The notes beneath the pieces were generated by a model. The model worked only from the letters and a program-made list of their open reading frames with translations. It made no database searches and was not told the origin of the DNA. The translations under genes and the position numbers were made by a program. From contig CAYRXA010000018.1 in the NCBI GenBank assembly GCA_964428155.1, positions 1 through 45,949 on the forward strand: a stretch of 45,949 nucleotides of DNA, read 5' to 3'. This document shows, one piece after another, positions 15,035 through 23,010 of this stretch (positions are counted from its first letter, which is position 1; every line of letters starts with the position of its first letter). The stretch is from an uncultured Candidatus Saccharibacteria bacterium. GTDB lineage: Bacteria; Patescibacteriota; Minisyncoccia; UBA6257.

Positions 15035-17926
15035 ATGGAGAAAAAATTAGAGTTTGTTGAAAAAGAAAAAGAAGTTTTAGGTTTTTGGCAGGAAAATAGG
15101 ATTTTTGAAAAATCAATAGAACAAAGGCCAGAAAATAAATCTTATGTTTTTTATGATGGACCTCCTTTTGCAACAGGATTACCTCATTATGGGCATATTT
15201 TAGCTTCTTTAATAAAAGATGCAGTTCCTCGTTATTGGTCAATGAGGGGTTTTCGAATAGAAAGAAAGTGGGGATGGGATTGTCATGGTTTACCTGTTGA
15301 GAATTTAATAGAACAAGAACTAGGCCTTAAAAACAAAAAAGATATTGAAAATATTGGTGTTAATAAGTTTAATCAAGCTTGTAAAGAAAGTGTTTTACGA
15401 TATGTTGATGAATGGAAAAAAATTATTCCTCGAATTGGTCGTTGGGTTGATATGGAGCATTCTTATAAAACGATGGACTTTGAATATATGGAATCCATTT
15501 GGTGGGTATTTAAACAATTATGGGACAAAGGATTAATCTACCAGGGTTATAAAAGTATGCATATTTGTCCTCGTTGTGGTACTACGCTTTCAAATTTTGA
15601 AGTTGGTTTAGGATATAAAGAAACCACAGATATAGCAATTACTTTAAAATTTAAGGTTAGAGAGCAGAAAAATACTTTTATTTTAGCTTGGACAACAACT
15701 CCCTGGACTTTACCAGGGAATGTAGCCTTGGCAGTAGGGGAAGATATTGATTATATAAAAATTCAAATAGGAGAAAATTATTATATCTTAGCAGAAAAAA
15801 GAGCAGAAATTATTAAAGACGAATATCAAGTTGTAAAAAAAATTAAAGGTAAAGATTTAGTTGGTTTAGAATATGAGCCATTATTTGATTGTTTTAGCAA
15901 ACAAGAGAACATAGAAAATAAAGAAAATGGCTGGAAAGTCTATGTCGGAGAATTTGTTTCTATAGAAGAAGGAACTGGTGTAGTCCATATTGCTCCAGCT
16001 TTTGGTGAAGATGATCTGGCTCTTGGTAGAAAAGAAAAATTACCTTTTATTCAGCATGTTGGAGGAGATGGGTGTTTTGTTAAAGAAATAGGAGGATTAG
16101 CAGGGGAAGAAGTAAAGCCTAAAGAAGATATTCTTAAAACTGATAAAAAAATTATTCAATGGTTAAAAGAGCAAGATAGATTATTTGATCAAGAAGAGTT
16201 AATACACAAGTATCCTTTCTGTTGGCGGTGTGATTCTCCTCTTTTAAATTATGCCGCTTCTTCATGGTTTGTAAAAGTAACGGCAATAAAAGATAAAATT
16301 ATTAAGAATAATCAGAAAATTAATTGGGTGCCAAACCATATTAAAAATGGTCGTTTTGGTAAATTGTTAGAAGAAGCTCCTGATTGGTCAATTTCTCGGT
16401 CTCGATACTGGGGGACTCCTTTACCTATTTGGCAATGTCAAAATAAAGATTGTGAAAATATTAAAGCTGTTGGTTCAATTAAGGAATTAGAACAGTTAAG
16501 CGGTAAAGAGATAAAAGATCTTCATCGTCCATATATTGATGAAATTACTTTTAAGTGTGAAAAATGTGGGGGAACAATGAAAAGAATTCCTGAGGTTTTG
16601 GATTGTTGGTTTGAATCAGGCTCAATGCCATATGCTCAAGCTCATTATCCTTTTGAAAACAAAGAATCTTTTGAAAAGAATTTTCCCGCCCAATTTGTAG
16701 CTGAAGGAATTGATCAAACAAGAGGTTGGTTTTACACATTAATGGTTTTATCAACTGCTTTATTTGATCAACCCGCATTTCTTAATAATATTGTTAACGG
16801 TATTATTCTAACTGAAGATGGGCAAAAAATGAGTAAGCGTTTAAAAAATTACCCAGAGCCAATGAAAATAATTGATGAATATGGTGCTGATGCAGTAAGA
16901 CTTTATTTATTAACCAGTCCGGCAATTAAAGCAGACGATTTGTGCTTTTCTGAAAAAGGGGTAGACCAAATGCTTAAAAAAAATTTAATTATATTATGGA
17001 ATGTTTTTGGTTTTTATAAATTATATGCTTTCAAAAGCGAAAATAGTTTTCAAAAGAGCCAATATCAAACTTTTCATGTTTTAGATAAATGGATTTTATC
17101 TAAGATAAATACTTTTAATAAATCAATAACAGAGGCAATGGAGCAATATGATTTATTGCAAGCAGCTAAGCCAATAGAAAAATTTATTGAAGATTTATCA
17201 ATATGGTATCTCAGAAGGTCCCGTCAGAGATTTAAAAATACAGAGAGAGCTGAAGAACCTTCTTTGGTTTTAAAGCACATTCTTTTTGTTTTAAGTAAAT
17301 TAATTAGTCCTTTCGCTCCTTTTATAAGCGAACAATTATATCAGGAGTTAAGGAATGAAGATGACCCAATATCAGTTCATCTTTGTGATTATCCAGAATT
17401 TGATGAAGAGTTAATAAATAAAGATATAGAAAAAGAGATGGAAATGGTTAGAGAAATCATATCAGCAGCATTAGCAGAAAGAGCTCAAGAAGGTTTAAAA
17501 GTAAGGCAGCCATTAAATGAATTAAGGATTAAAAATTGTGAGCTAAAGGATGAGGAAGAATTATTGCAATTAATTAAAGATGAAGTTAACGTTAAGAAGA
17601 TTGTTTTTGATAATAAATTAGAAAAAGAAATAGAAATTGATACAAAGATTACTCCAGAATTAAAAGAAGAAGGAATAATGAGAGAATGTTTTAGGCATAT
17701 TCAAATTATTCGTAAAAAAGCTAATTTATCTCCAGCTGATGAAATATTGATTTCTTTTAAAGGAGATGATCAAATATTAGAATTATTGAAAAATAATGAA
17801 AATCAAATGAAAAAAGAGCTAAGAATTAAGGAAATTATTTGGAAGGAAATAGACGAATTTGATTTTACAAGTGATTTAATTTTAGATGGAGAAAAAATTA
17901 CTATTTGTTTAAAGAAGGTTAATTAA
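15035..17926 (+). CDS. ileS: isoleucyl-tRNA synthetase (type 2-like)
   Basis: 963 aa. FYDGPPFATGLPHYGHIL (HIGH), GWDCHGLPVE, KMSKRLKN (KMSKS), CP1 editing-domain region and Cys pairs (CPRCGT, CWRCDS). Confidence 0.95.
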   Translation: MEKKLEFVEKEKEVLGFWQENRIFEKSIEQRPENKSYVFYDGPPFATGLPHYGHILASLIKDAVPRYWSMRGFRIERKWGWDCHGLPVENLIEQELGLKNKKDIENIGVNKFNQACKESVLRYVDEWKKIIPRIGRWVDMEHSYKTMDFEYMESIWWVFKQLWDKGLIYQGYKSMHICPRCGTTLSNFEVGLGYKETTDIAITLKFKVREQKNTFILAWTTTPWTLPGNVALAVGEDIDYIKIQIGENYYILAEKRAEIIKDEYQVVKKIKGKDLVGLEYEPLFDCFSKQENIENKENGWKVYVGEFVSIEEGTGVVHIAPAFGEDDLALGRKEKLPFIQHVGGDGCFVKEIGGLAGEEVKPKEDILKTDKKIIQWLKEQDRLFDQEELIHKYPFCWRCDSPLLNYAASSWFVKVTAIKDKIIKNNQKINWVPNHIKNGRFGKLLEEAPDWSISRSRYWGTPLPIWQCQNKDCENIKAVGSIKELEQLSGKEIKDLHRPYIDEITFKCEKCGGTMKRIPEVLDCWFESGSMPYAQAHYPFENKESFEKNFPAQFVAEGIDQTRGWFYTLMVLSTALFDQPAFLNNIVNGIILTEDGQKMSKRLKNYPEPMKIIDEYGADAVRLYLLTSPAIKADDLCFSEKGVDQMLKKNLIILWNVFGFYKLYAFKSENSFQKSQYQTFHVLDKWILSKINTFNKSITEAMEQYDLLQAAKPIEKFIEDLSIWYLRRSRQRFKNTERAEEPSLVLKHILFVLSKLISPFAPFISEQLYQELRNEDDPISVHLCDYPEFDEELINKDIEKEMEMVREIISAALAERAQEGLKVRQPLNELRIKNCELKDEEELLQLIKDEVNVKKIVFDNKLEKEIEIDTKITPELKEEGIMRECFRHIQIIRKKANLSPADEILISFKGDDQILELLKNNENQMKKELRIKEIIWKEIDEFDFTSDLILDGEKITICLKKVN

Positions 17927-17992
17927 TGAAAATCCTTGCTCTGCAAGAGGCTTTGTGTTAATCTTTTAAGGCTAAACTTAATTTTAATTATT

Positions 17993-18226
17993 ATGGGAGT
18001 TCCTTCACGTCATCATACACGTTCTCGCGTTGATAAACGCCGTTCTCATGCAGCTCTTAAGCCGCTTAATTTAGTAAAATGTTCTCATTGTGGAGAAATG
18101 ATATCTCCTCATCAGGTTTGTTCTTTTTGCGGTTATTATAAAGAAAATGAGATTATTGATGTTTTTAAAGGCTTGAATAAGAAAGAAAAGAAGAGAAAAC
18201 AGAAAGAGATAGAAGAAGAAAAATAA
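17993..18226 (+). CDS. rpmF: 50S ribosomal protein L32
   Basis: MGVPSRHHTRSRVDKRRSH... with Cys pairs CSHCG / CSFCG. ATG at 17993; the track's longer ORF begins at an upstream non-ATG codon. Confidence 0.9.
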   Translation: MGVPSRHHTRSRVDKRRSHAALKPLNLVKCSHCGEMISPHQVCSFCGYYKENEIIDVFKGLNKKEKKRKQKEIEEEK

Positions 18227-18244
18227 AATTTAATTTATTAATTT

Positions 18245-18703
18245 ATGGGTTCTCGTCATCTTTCCCGATCTATTGTTTTACAGACACTTTATGAATGGGA
18301 TTTTTGGAAAGGAGAAAAAAGAGAGATAGAAGAGATCTTTCAAAGAAATTTAAAATCGCTAGGAGAAGGTCTGCTTGATCAAAAATATCCTCTAGAGCTT
18401 TTAAAAGGGGTTTTAAAACATTGGGATGAATTAAATAAATTAATTATTTCTGGGGCTCCAGAATGGCCATTAAATCAAATAAATATTATTGACAGAAATA
18501 TATTAAGGATTGGAATTTTTGAATTATTGTTTAGCGATTTTAAAGAGGTTCCTCCTAAGGTAGCTATTAATGAAGCAGTAGAATTAGCAAAAACTTTTGG
18601 GGGAGATTCTTCTCGTCGTTTTGTAAACGGAGTTTTAGGGACAGTTTACAGAGAGATGGAAGAAGTTCTTGATAAAACAAAGAAAGATAAGGAAAATAAT
18701 TAA
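18245..18703 (+). CDS. nusB: transcription antitermination factor NusB
   Basis: 152 aa. [18 protein letters not shown] and [24 protein letters not shown] are typical NusB segments. Confidence 0.85.
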   Translation: MGSRHLSRSIVLQTLYEWDFWKGEKREIEEIFQRNLKSLGEGLLDQKYPLELLKGVLKHWDELNKLIISGAPEWPLNQINIIDRNILRIGIFELLFSDFKEVPPKVAINEAVELAKTFGGDSSRRFVNGVLGTVYREMEEVLDKTKKDKENN

Positions 18704-18704
18704 A

Positions 18705-19400
18705 ATGGATTCAGATTTTCATAAAATTGAAAAAAAATTAGGATTAAAATTTAATAATATAGATTTATTAAAACGAGCGTTAACTCATCGCTCTTTTTTA
18801 AATGAAAACAAAGAATGGTCTAAAATAGGTCAAAACGAAAGGTTAGAATTTTTAGGTGATGCTGTTTTTGGGCTTATTGCAGCTGAGTATTTGTTTAGAG
18901 AATATCCTCATCTTAAAGAGGGCGAATTAACGAGTTTAAGAGCGGCATTAATTAATGGTAATTCTTTATTAGAGGTAGCTGATAAATTAGAAATTAAAAA
19001 ATATCTTTTAGTTTCTAAAGGAGAAAAAAAAGAATTAAAAAAATCTCATCCATATTTTTTGGCTAATGCAATAGAATCAATTGTAGGAGCTATTTATTTA
19101 GATCAAGGGCTTGAACAAACTAGAAAATTTATTGAAAAGCATATTTTGGTAAAGGCAAATCAAATTTTAAAAACAGGAAGTCATAAAGATCCTAAAAGTA
19201 TTTTTCAGGAAAAGAGCCAAGAACTTTTGGGGATTACTCCAATTTATAGATTTTTAAAAGCTTGGGGACCAGATCATTCTAAACAATTTAAAACCGGAGT
19301 TTATTTAAAAGATAAATTAATTGCTGAAGGAGAAGGTTTCTCTAAGCATGAAGCAGAAACCAAAGCTGCACAAAAAGCGCTTTTAAAAAAAGGGTGGTAA
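18705..19400 (+). CDS. rnc: ribonuclease III
   Basis: Signature NERLEFLGDAV, followed by a C-terminal dsRBD (FKTGVYLKDKLIAEGEGFSKHEAETKAAQKAL). The ATG at 18705 starts 1 nt after the nusB stop. Confidence 0.9.
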   Translation: MDSDFHKIEKKLGLKFNNIDLLKRALTHRSFLNENKEWSKIGQNERLEFLGDAVFGLIAAEYLFREYPHLKEGELTSLRAALINGNSLLEVADKLEIKKYLLVSKGEKKELKKSHPYFLANAIESIVGAIYLDQGLEQTRKFIEKHILVKANQILKTGSHKDPKSIFQEKSQELLGITPIYRFLKAWGPDHSKQFKTGVYLKDKLIAEGEGFSKHEAETKAAQKALLKKGW

Positions 19401-19424
19401 TAAAGTATTAATAATTTTATCATT

Positions 19425-21539
19425 GTGTTTTTAAAGCAAATCATTTTAAAAAATTTTAAATCTTTTGGTGGAAAGACTGTTTTAGATTTTCCTGTATTTT
19501 TTACAGCCATTGTTGGGCCAAATGGTTCAGGAAAATCCAATATTGTTGATGCTATTCGTTGGGCTTTAGGAGAGCAGAGTTTTAAAAATTTAAGAGCAGG
19601 CAAAGGAAGTGATTTAATTTTTTCCAGTAATAAAAAAAATTCCTCAGCTGGCTTTGCTGAGGTAGAATTAATTTTTGATAACACTCAAAGGGTTTTTCCT
19701 TTAGAGTTTTCAGAAGTTAGTCTTTTAAGAAGAATTGATAAAGAAGATAACAATAATTATTTTCTTAACCATCAGCCTTGTCGATTAAAAGATATTATTG
19801 AGATTTCAGCTGTAGCAAAGCTTGGTTTAAAGGGTTTTTCAATTATAAACCAAGGATCAGTAGAAAATATTTTAAAAGTTTCTGCTCAAGAAAGAAGGAT
19901 AATGCTTGAAGAGAATTTAGGCTTAAAAAATTTAGAAATAAAAAAAGAAGAAGCAAAAAGAAAATTAGAAAACACTTTAATTAATCTTGATAAAATTCAA
20001 GCTTTGCGTCAAGAAGTTCTTCCTCATTTAAGATCTTTAAAAAGGCAAGTTACTCGGTGGGAAAAAATGGAAAAAATAAAAGAAGAATTAATTTTATTAG
20101 AAAAAAAATATTTTATCAATGTTTATGATCGAGTTTTAAAGGAGAAAATTCAACCAAATGTTGATTTTAATAAAGTAAGGCAAGAAATTAAAAACATAGA
20201 AAAATTTATTGAAGATGAAAGTAGAAAAATAGGATTATTAGATGAGCAAAATGATAAGAGCTTAGAAATTGAAATTAGAAATTTGACCAGAGAGATTATT
20301 GAGCTTCAAAACAAAAAATCATCATTGTTGAAAGACTTAGGAGAAAAAAAAGTTAGTAATGATTCACTTGTCGTTCAAGAGTCTCTAGAAAAAAAAGTTG
20401 TTTTATTAAAAGAAGAATTACAATCTTTATTATCTTTTGTTGATTTGAATAAAATCAAACAAAAAATTCAATTAATTATTGATGATATAAGTGCCTTAAT
20501 AAATCCTAAAGATAATTTAAATGAAAAAAAAGAAGATGAAAAGGATAAAGAAATTTTATCTGCTTTAGAAAAAATTGAAATTGAAATTAATAAAAAAAAT
20601 GTTTTATTAAATCAATTACAAGAACAACAAGATGCAAACAACTTAGATTTTAAATCAAAATTCAGGGAGATAGAATCAAAAAGAGCAGAAAAAGAAAGAT
20701 TATATAGAGAACTACAAAGAGAAGAAATATTGAATGAAAAATTTGAGCTTCATTTAGAAGATTTTAAGCGTCGTTTAGAAGAATCAGGTTTTCAATTTGA
20801 AGAGATTAAGAAAAATTATCAAGTCAATAAAGATACTGAGTTAGTTTCTATAGAGGAATTTTCTGTTTTAGAAAGAAAAATTTGGAAAGGAAAACAAGGG
20901 TTAGCAGAAATTGGTGCTCAGGATGAAAATGTTGTTGCTGAGTACAAAGAAGTTTCAGAGCGTTATGATTTTCTAACACAACAGATCAATGATCTTAATA
21001 AAGGGATGGAAGATTTAAAGCTTCTCATCAAAGAATTAGAAGAACAAATTGAAAATAAATTTAATGAAGCAATAAAAGAGATTAACCATCAATTCAATAA
21101 TTATTTCCGATTAATATTTAATGGTGGTTCTGCTAAATTAATCCAAAAGAAAGAAAAAACAAATAACGATAATATAATTTGGGGAGTTGATATACAGCTT
21201 AATATTCCCAAAACCCAACTAAAAGGACTAGAGATGCTATCAGGGGGAGAAAAAACATTAGTAGCTATTTGTTTGCTTTTTGCTTTAGTGGAGCAATCAG
21301 AGCTACCCCTTTTAGTTGTTGATGAAATTGATGCTGCTTTAGACGAAGATAATAGTCGACGTTTTTCAGAAATTTTAAAAGCTTTAAGTAAAAAAACTCA
21401 ATTTATTATAATTACTCATAATCGAATGACAATGAATGCTGTTCAGGTTATTTATGGGGTAACTTTATCAACAGATAATAATTCTCAACTTCTTTCTTTG
21501 AAATTAGAAGAAGCTGAGGTTTTGGCAGAGCAGGGTTGA
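19425..21539 (+). CDS. smc: SMC chromosome-segregation ATPase, unusually short (704 aa), with no recognisable hinge
   Basis: GTG start. N-head FLKQIILKNFKSFGG...AIVGPNGSGKSNIVDAIRWALGEQS. C-head LSGGEKTLVAICLLFAL (signature motif) and LLVVDEIDAALD (Walker B). Sits in the conserved rnc-smc position. Confidence 0.8.
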   Translation: MFLKQIILKNFKSFGGKTVLDFPVFFTAIVGPNGSGKSNIVDAIRWALGEQSFKNLRAGKGSDLIFSSNKKNSSAGFAEVELIFDNTQRVFPLEFSEVSLLRRIDKEDNNNYFLNHQPCRLKDIIEISAVAKLGLKGFSIINQGSVENILKVSAQERRIMLEENLGLKNLEIKKEEAKRKLENTLINLDKIQALRQEVLPHLRSLKRQVTRWEKMEKIKEELILLEKKYFINVYDRVLKEKIQPNVDFNKVRQEIKNIEKFIEDESRKIGLLDEQNDKSLEIEIRNLTREIIELQNKKSSLLKDLGEKKVSNDSLVVQESLEKKVVLLKEELQSLLSFVDLNKIKQKIQLIIDDISALINPKDNLNEKKEDEKDKEILSALEKIEIEINKKNVLLNQLQEQQDANNLDFKSKFREIESKRAEKERLYRELQREEILNEKFELHLEDFKRRLEESGFQFEEIKKNYQVNKDTELVSIEEFSVLERKIWKGKQGLAEIGAQDENVVAEYKEVSERYDFLTQQINDLNKGMEDLKLLIKELEEQIENKFNEAIKEINHQFNNYFRLIFNGGSAKLIQKKEKTNNDNIIWGVDIQLNIPKTQLKGLEMLSGGEKTLVAICLLFALVEQSELPLLVVDEIDAALDEDNSRRFSEILKALSKKTQFIIITHNRMTMNAVQVIYGVTLSTDNNSQLLSLKLEEAEVLAEQG

Positions 21540-21643
21540 CTTTTAAATCTTACTAATTTATCATTAAGTCATGCAGTAGCTGATGAAATGAAGGGTCGAC
21601 GGCTACTTAGTTATTAAATCAAGAAAATATTAATTCTGGAAAT

Positions 21644-21964
21644 ATGGTAGATTCACCTGTTGATCAAAAATTACTTGAGTTTATAGTTAAAAGCGTTGTT
21701 AGCAACCCAGATGCAGTTCAGGTAGAACGAAAAGTTGATGAAATGGGAGTATTGCTTTCTTTGAAAGTAGACCCCAATGATATGGCTCAAATCATTGGCC
21801 GTCAAGGGTCAATGGCAAAAGCTTTAAGAACTATTCTTAAAGTGGCTGGGGCTAAAAATAAAGCTCGGGTAAATCTTAAGATTGAAGAGCCAGCTGGTTC
21901 TTCTCGAGAAAACCGAGAGGCAGAAAAGATGGCAGACGACATTGTCGATGATTTGAAAATCTAA
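21644..21964 (+). CDS. KH-domain RNA-binding protein (YlqC/UPF0109-like)
   Basis: 106 aa. IIGRQGSMAKALRTIL is a KH GXXG-type core. Lies upstream of trmD as in rpsP-KH-rimM-trmD operons. Confidence 0.7.
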   Translation: MVDSPVDQKLLEFIVKSVVSNPDAVQVERKVDEMGVLLSLKVDPNDMAQIIGRQGSMAKALRTILKVAGAKNKARVNLKIEEPAGSSRENREAEKMADDIVDDLKI

Positions 21965-21984
21965 CCCTTCGGTTGAAAAAAATC

Positions 21985-22022
21985 AAAAACCGCGGTATTA
22001 TTTATAACATCGCGGTTTTTTA
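21985..22022 (+). terminator. putative rho-independent terminator/attenuator between the KH gene and trmD
   Basis: AAAAACCGCG / 16-nt loop / CGCGGTTTTT followed by TT. Ends 6 nt before the trmD ATG. Confidence 0.45.
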
Positions 22023-22027
22023 TTATT

Positions 22028-22729
22028 ATGCGTTTTGATATTATTACAATTTTTCCTGAAATTTTTGATAGTTATTTTAATACCTCTATTATTAAAAGGG
22101 CTCAAGTAAAAAAAATAATAGAAATTAGTATTCATAATCTTCGAAATTGGGCAACTGATCGTCATCAAAGCATAGACGACTCTCCGTATGGAGGGGGAAA
22201 GGGTATGATTTTTATGGTTGAACCTATTTTTAAGGCAATCAAGGCTCTTAAAAAAAATAATAAAAATAATAAAAAGTGTCGGGTAATTCTTTTTTCTGCT
22301 AAAGGGAAAAGGCTGACTCAATCTCGAGTGAAAAATCTTTCTCGATATAAACGGTTAATCCTTATTTGTCCACGATATGAAGGGGTTGATGAAAGGGTAG
22401 CAAAATATATTGCCGATGAAGAGGTTTCAATTGGAGAATATGTTCTTACAGGAGGAGAATTACCAGCAATGGTTTTAGTTGATGCTATTAGCCGTCTTGT
22501 TCCTGGAGTTATCAAAAAGGAGTCTCTTTTAGAAGAATCATTTTCTTTTATTTCTAAATCTTCAATTTTAGGAAAAGAGTCTTTAGGGGAATATCCTCAA
22601 TATACAAGACCAGAAATTTTTTATCCTGAAAAAGATAAAAAAGTTTCTTGGCGAGTTCCAAAAGTTTTAGTTTCAGGAAATCATAAAAAAATTCAAGATT
22701 GGAAATTAAAACATTTTAAGAAAATATAG
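22028..22729 (+). CDS. trmD: tRNA (guanine37-N1)-methyltransferase
   Basis: MRFDIITIFPEIF, YEGVDERV and SIGEYVLTGGELPAMVLVDAISRLVPGV are the canonical TrmD knot motifs. Confidence 0.95.
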   Translation: MRFDIITIFPEIFDSYFNTSIIKRAQVKKIIEISIHNLRNWATDRHQSIDDSPYGGGKGMIFMVEPIFKAIKALKKNNKNNKKCRVILFSAKGKRLTQSRVKNLSRYKRLILICPRYEGVDERVAKYIADEEVSIGEYVLTGGELPAMVLVDAISRLVPGVIKKESLLEESFSFISKSSILGKESLGEYPQYTRPEIFYPEKDKKVSWRVPKVLVSGNHKKIQDWKLKHFKKI

Positions 22730-22755
22730 AAATAAGGCCTAAAAAGTATTTATAT

Positions 22756-22971
22756 ATGATTATTCTTTCTTTTAAAAAAGGTAGACAAAAATATTCAATT
22801 AAAGCAAAAAAAGGAGAAGAATTACTTGTTGCTCTTGACAAATTTTTAAAAAAGAATAAAATAAAATATGCGAGTATTAAGGACTGGCAATTAGAGTTTT
22901 TTCAAGAAAAAAGTATTATTTCTAAAAGAATCGCTCAATCTATTTTACACGCTTTAAAAATTACAACCTAG
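22756..22971 (+). CDS. hypothetical protein (71 aa)
   Basis: Only an intact ORF in a gene-sized gap between trmD and rpoB. No motif recognised. Confidence 0.3.
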   Translation: MIILSFKKGRQKYSIKAKKGEELLVALDKFLKKNKIKYASIKDWQLEFFQEKSIISKRIAQSILHALKITT

Positions 22972-23010
22972 ATCTAGTTTAGGAAGTTTTTTATTTTTAA
23001 TGTCTATTTA

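Noticed and set aside
15033-16778. ORFs 15033-15242 (-), 15345-15536 (+) and 16551-16778 (-) within ileS.
   Set aside because: They are alternative-frame or antisense ORFs fully inside a 963-aa synthetase with HIGH and KMSKS motifs.
19301-19684. 127-aa minus-strand ORF spanning the rnc/smc junction.
   Set aside because: It is antisense to two genes with unambiguous family motifs, has no recognisable motif of its own, and has a composition typical of a shadow frame.
21575-21607. Hairpin AGTAGC(T)...(G)GCTACT with an internal GTCGAC palindrome, located between smc and the KH gene.
   Set aside because: It has only 6-7 bp with a loop of about 20 nt and no following T tract. That is too weak to call a terminator or regulatory RNA.
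21998-22515. Two minus-strand ORFs (107 aa and 65 aa) overlapping trmD.
   Set aside because: They are antisense to a textbook trmD, and the first one also runs through the terminator hairpin. They are shadow ORFs.
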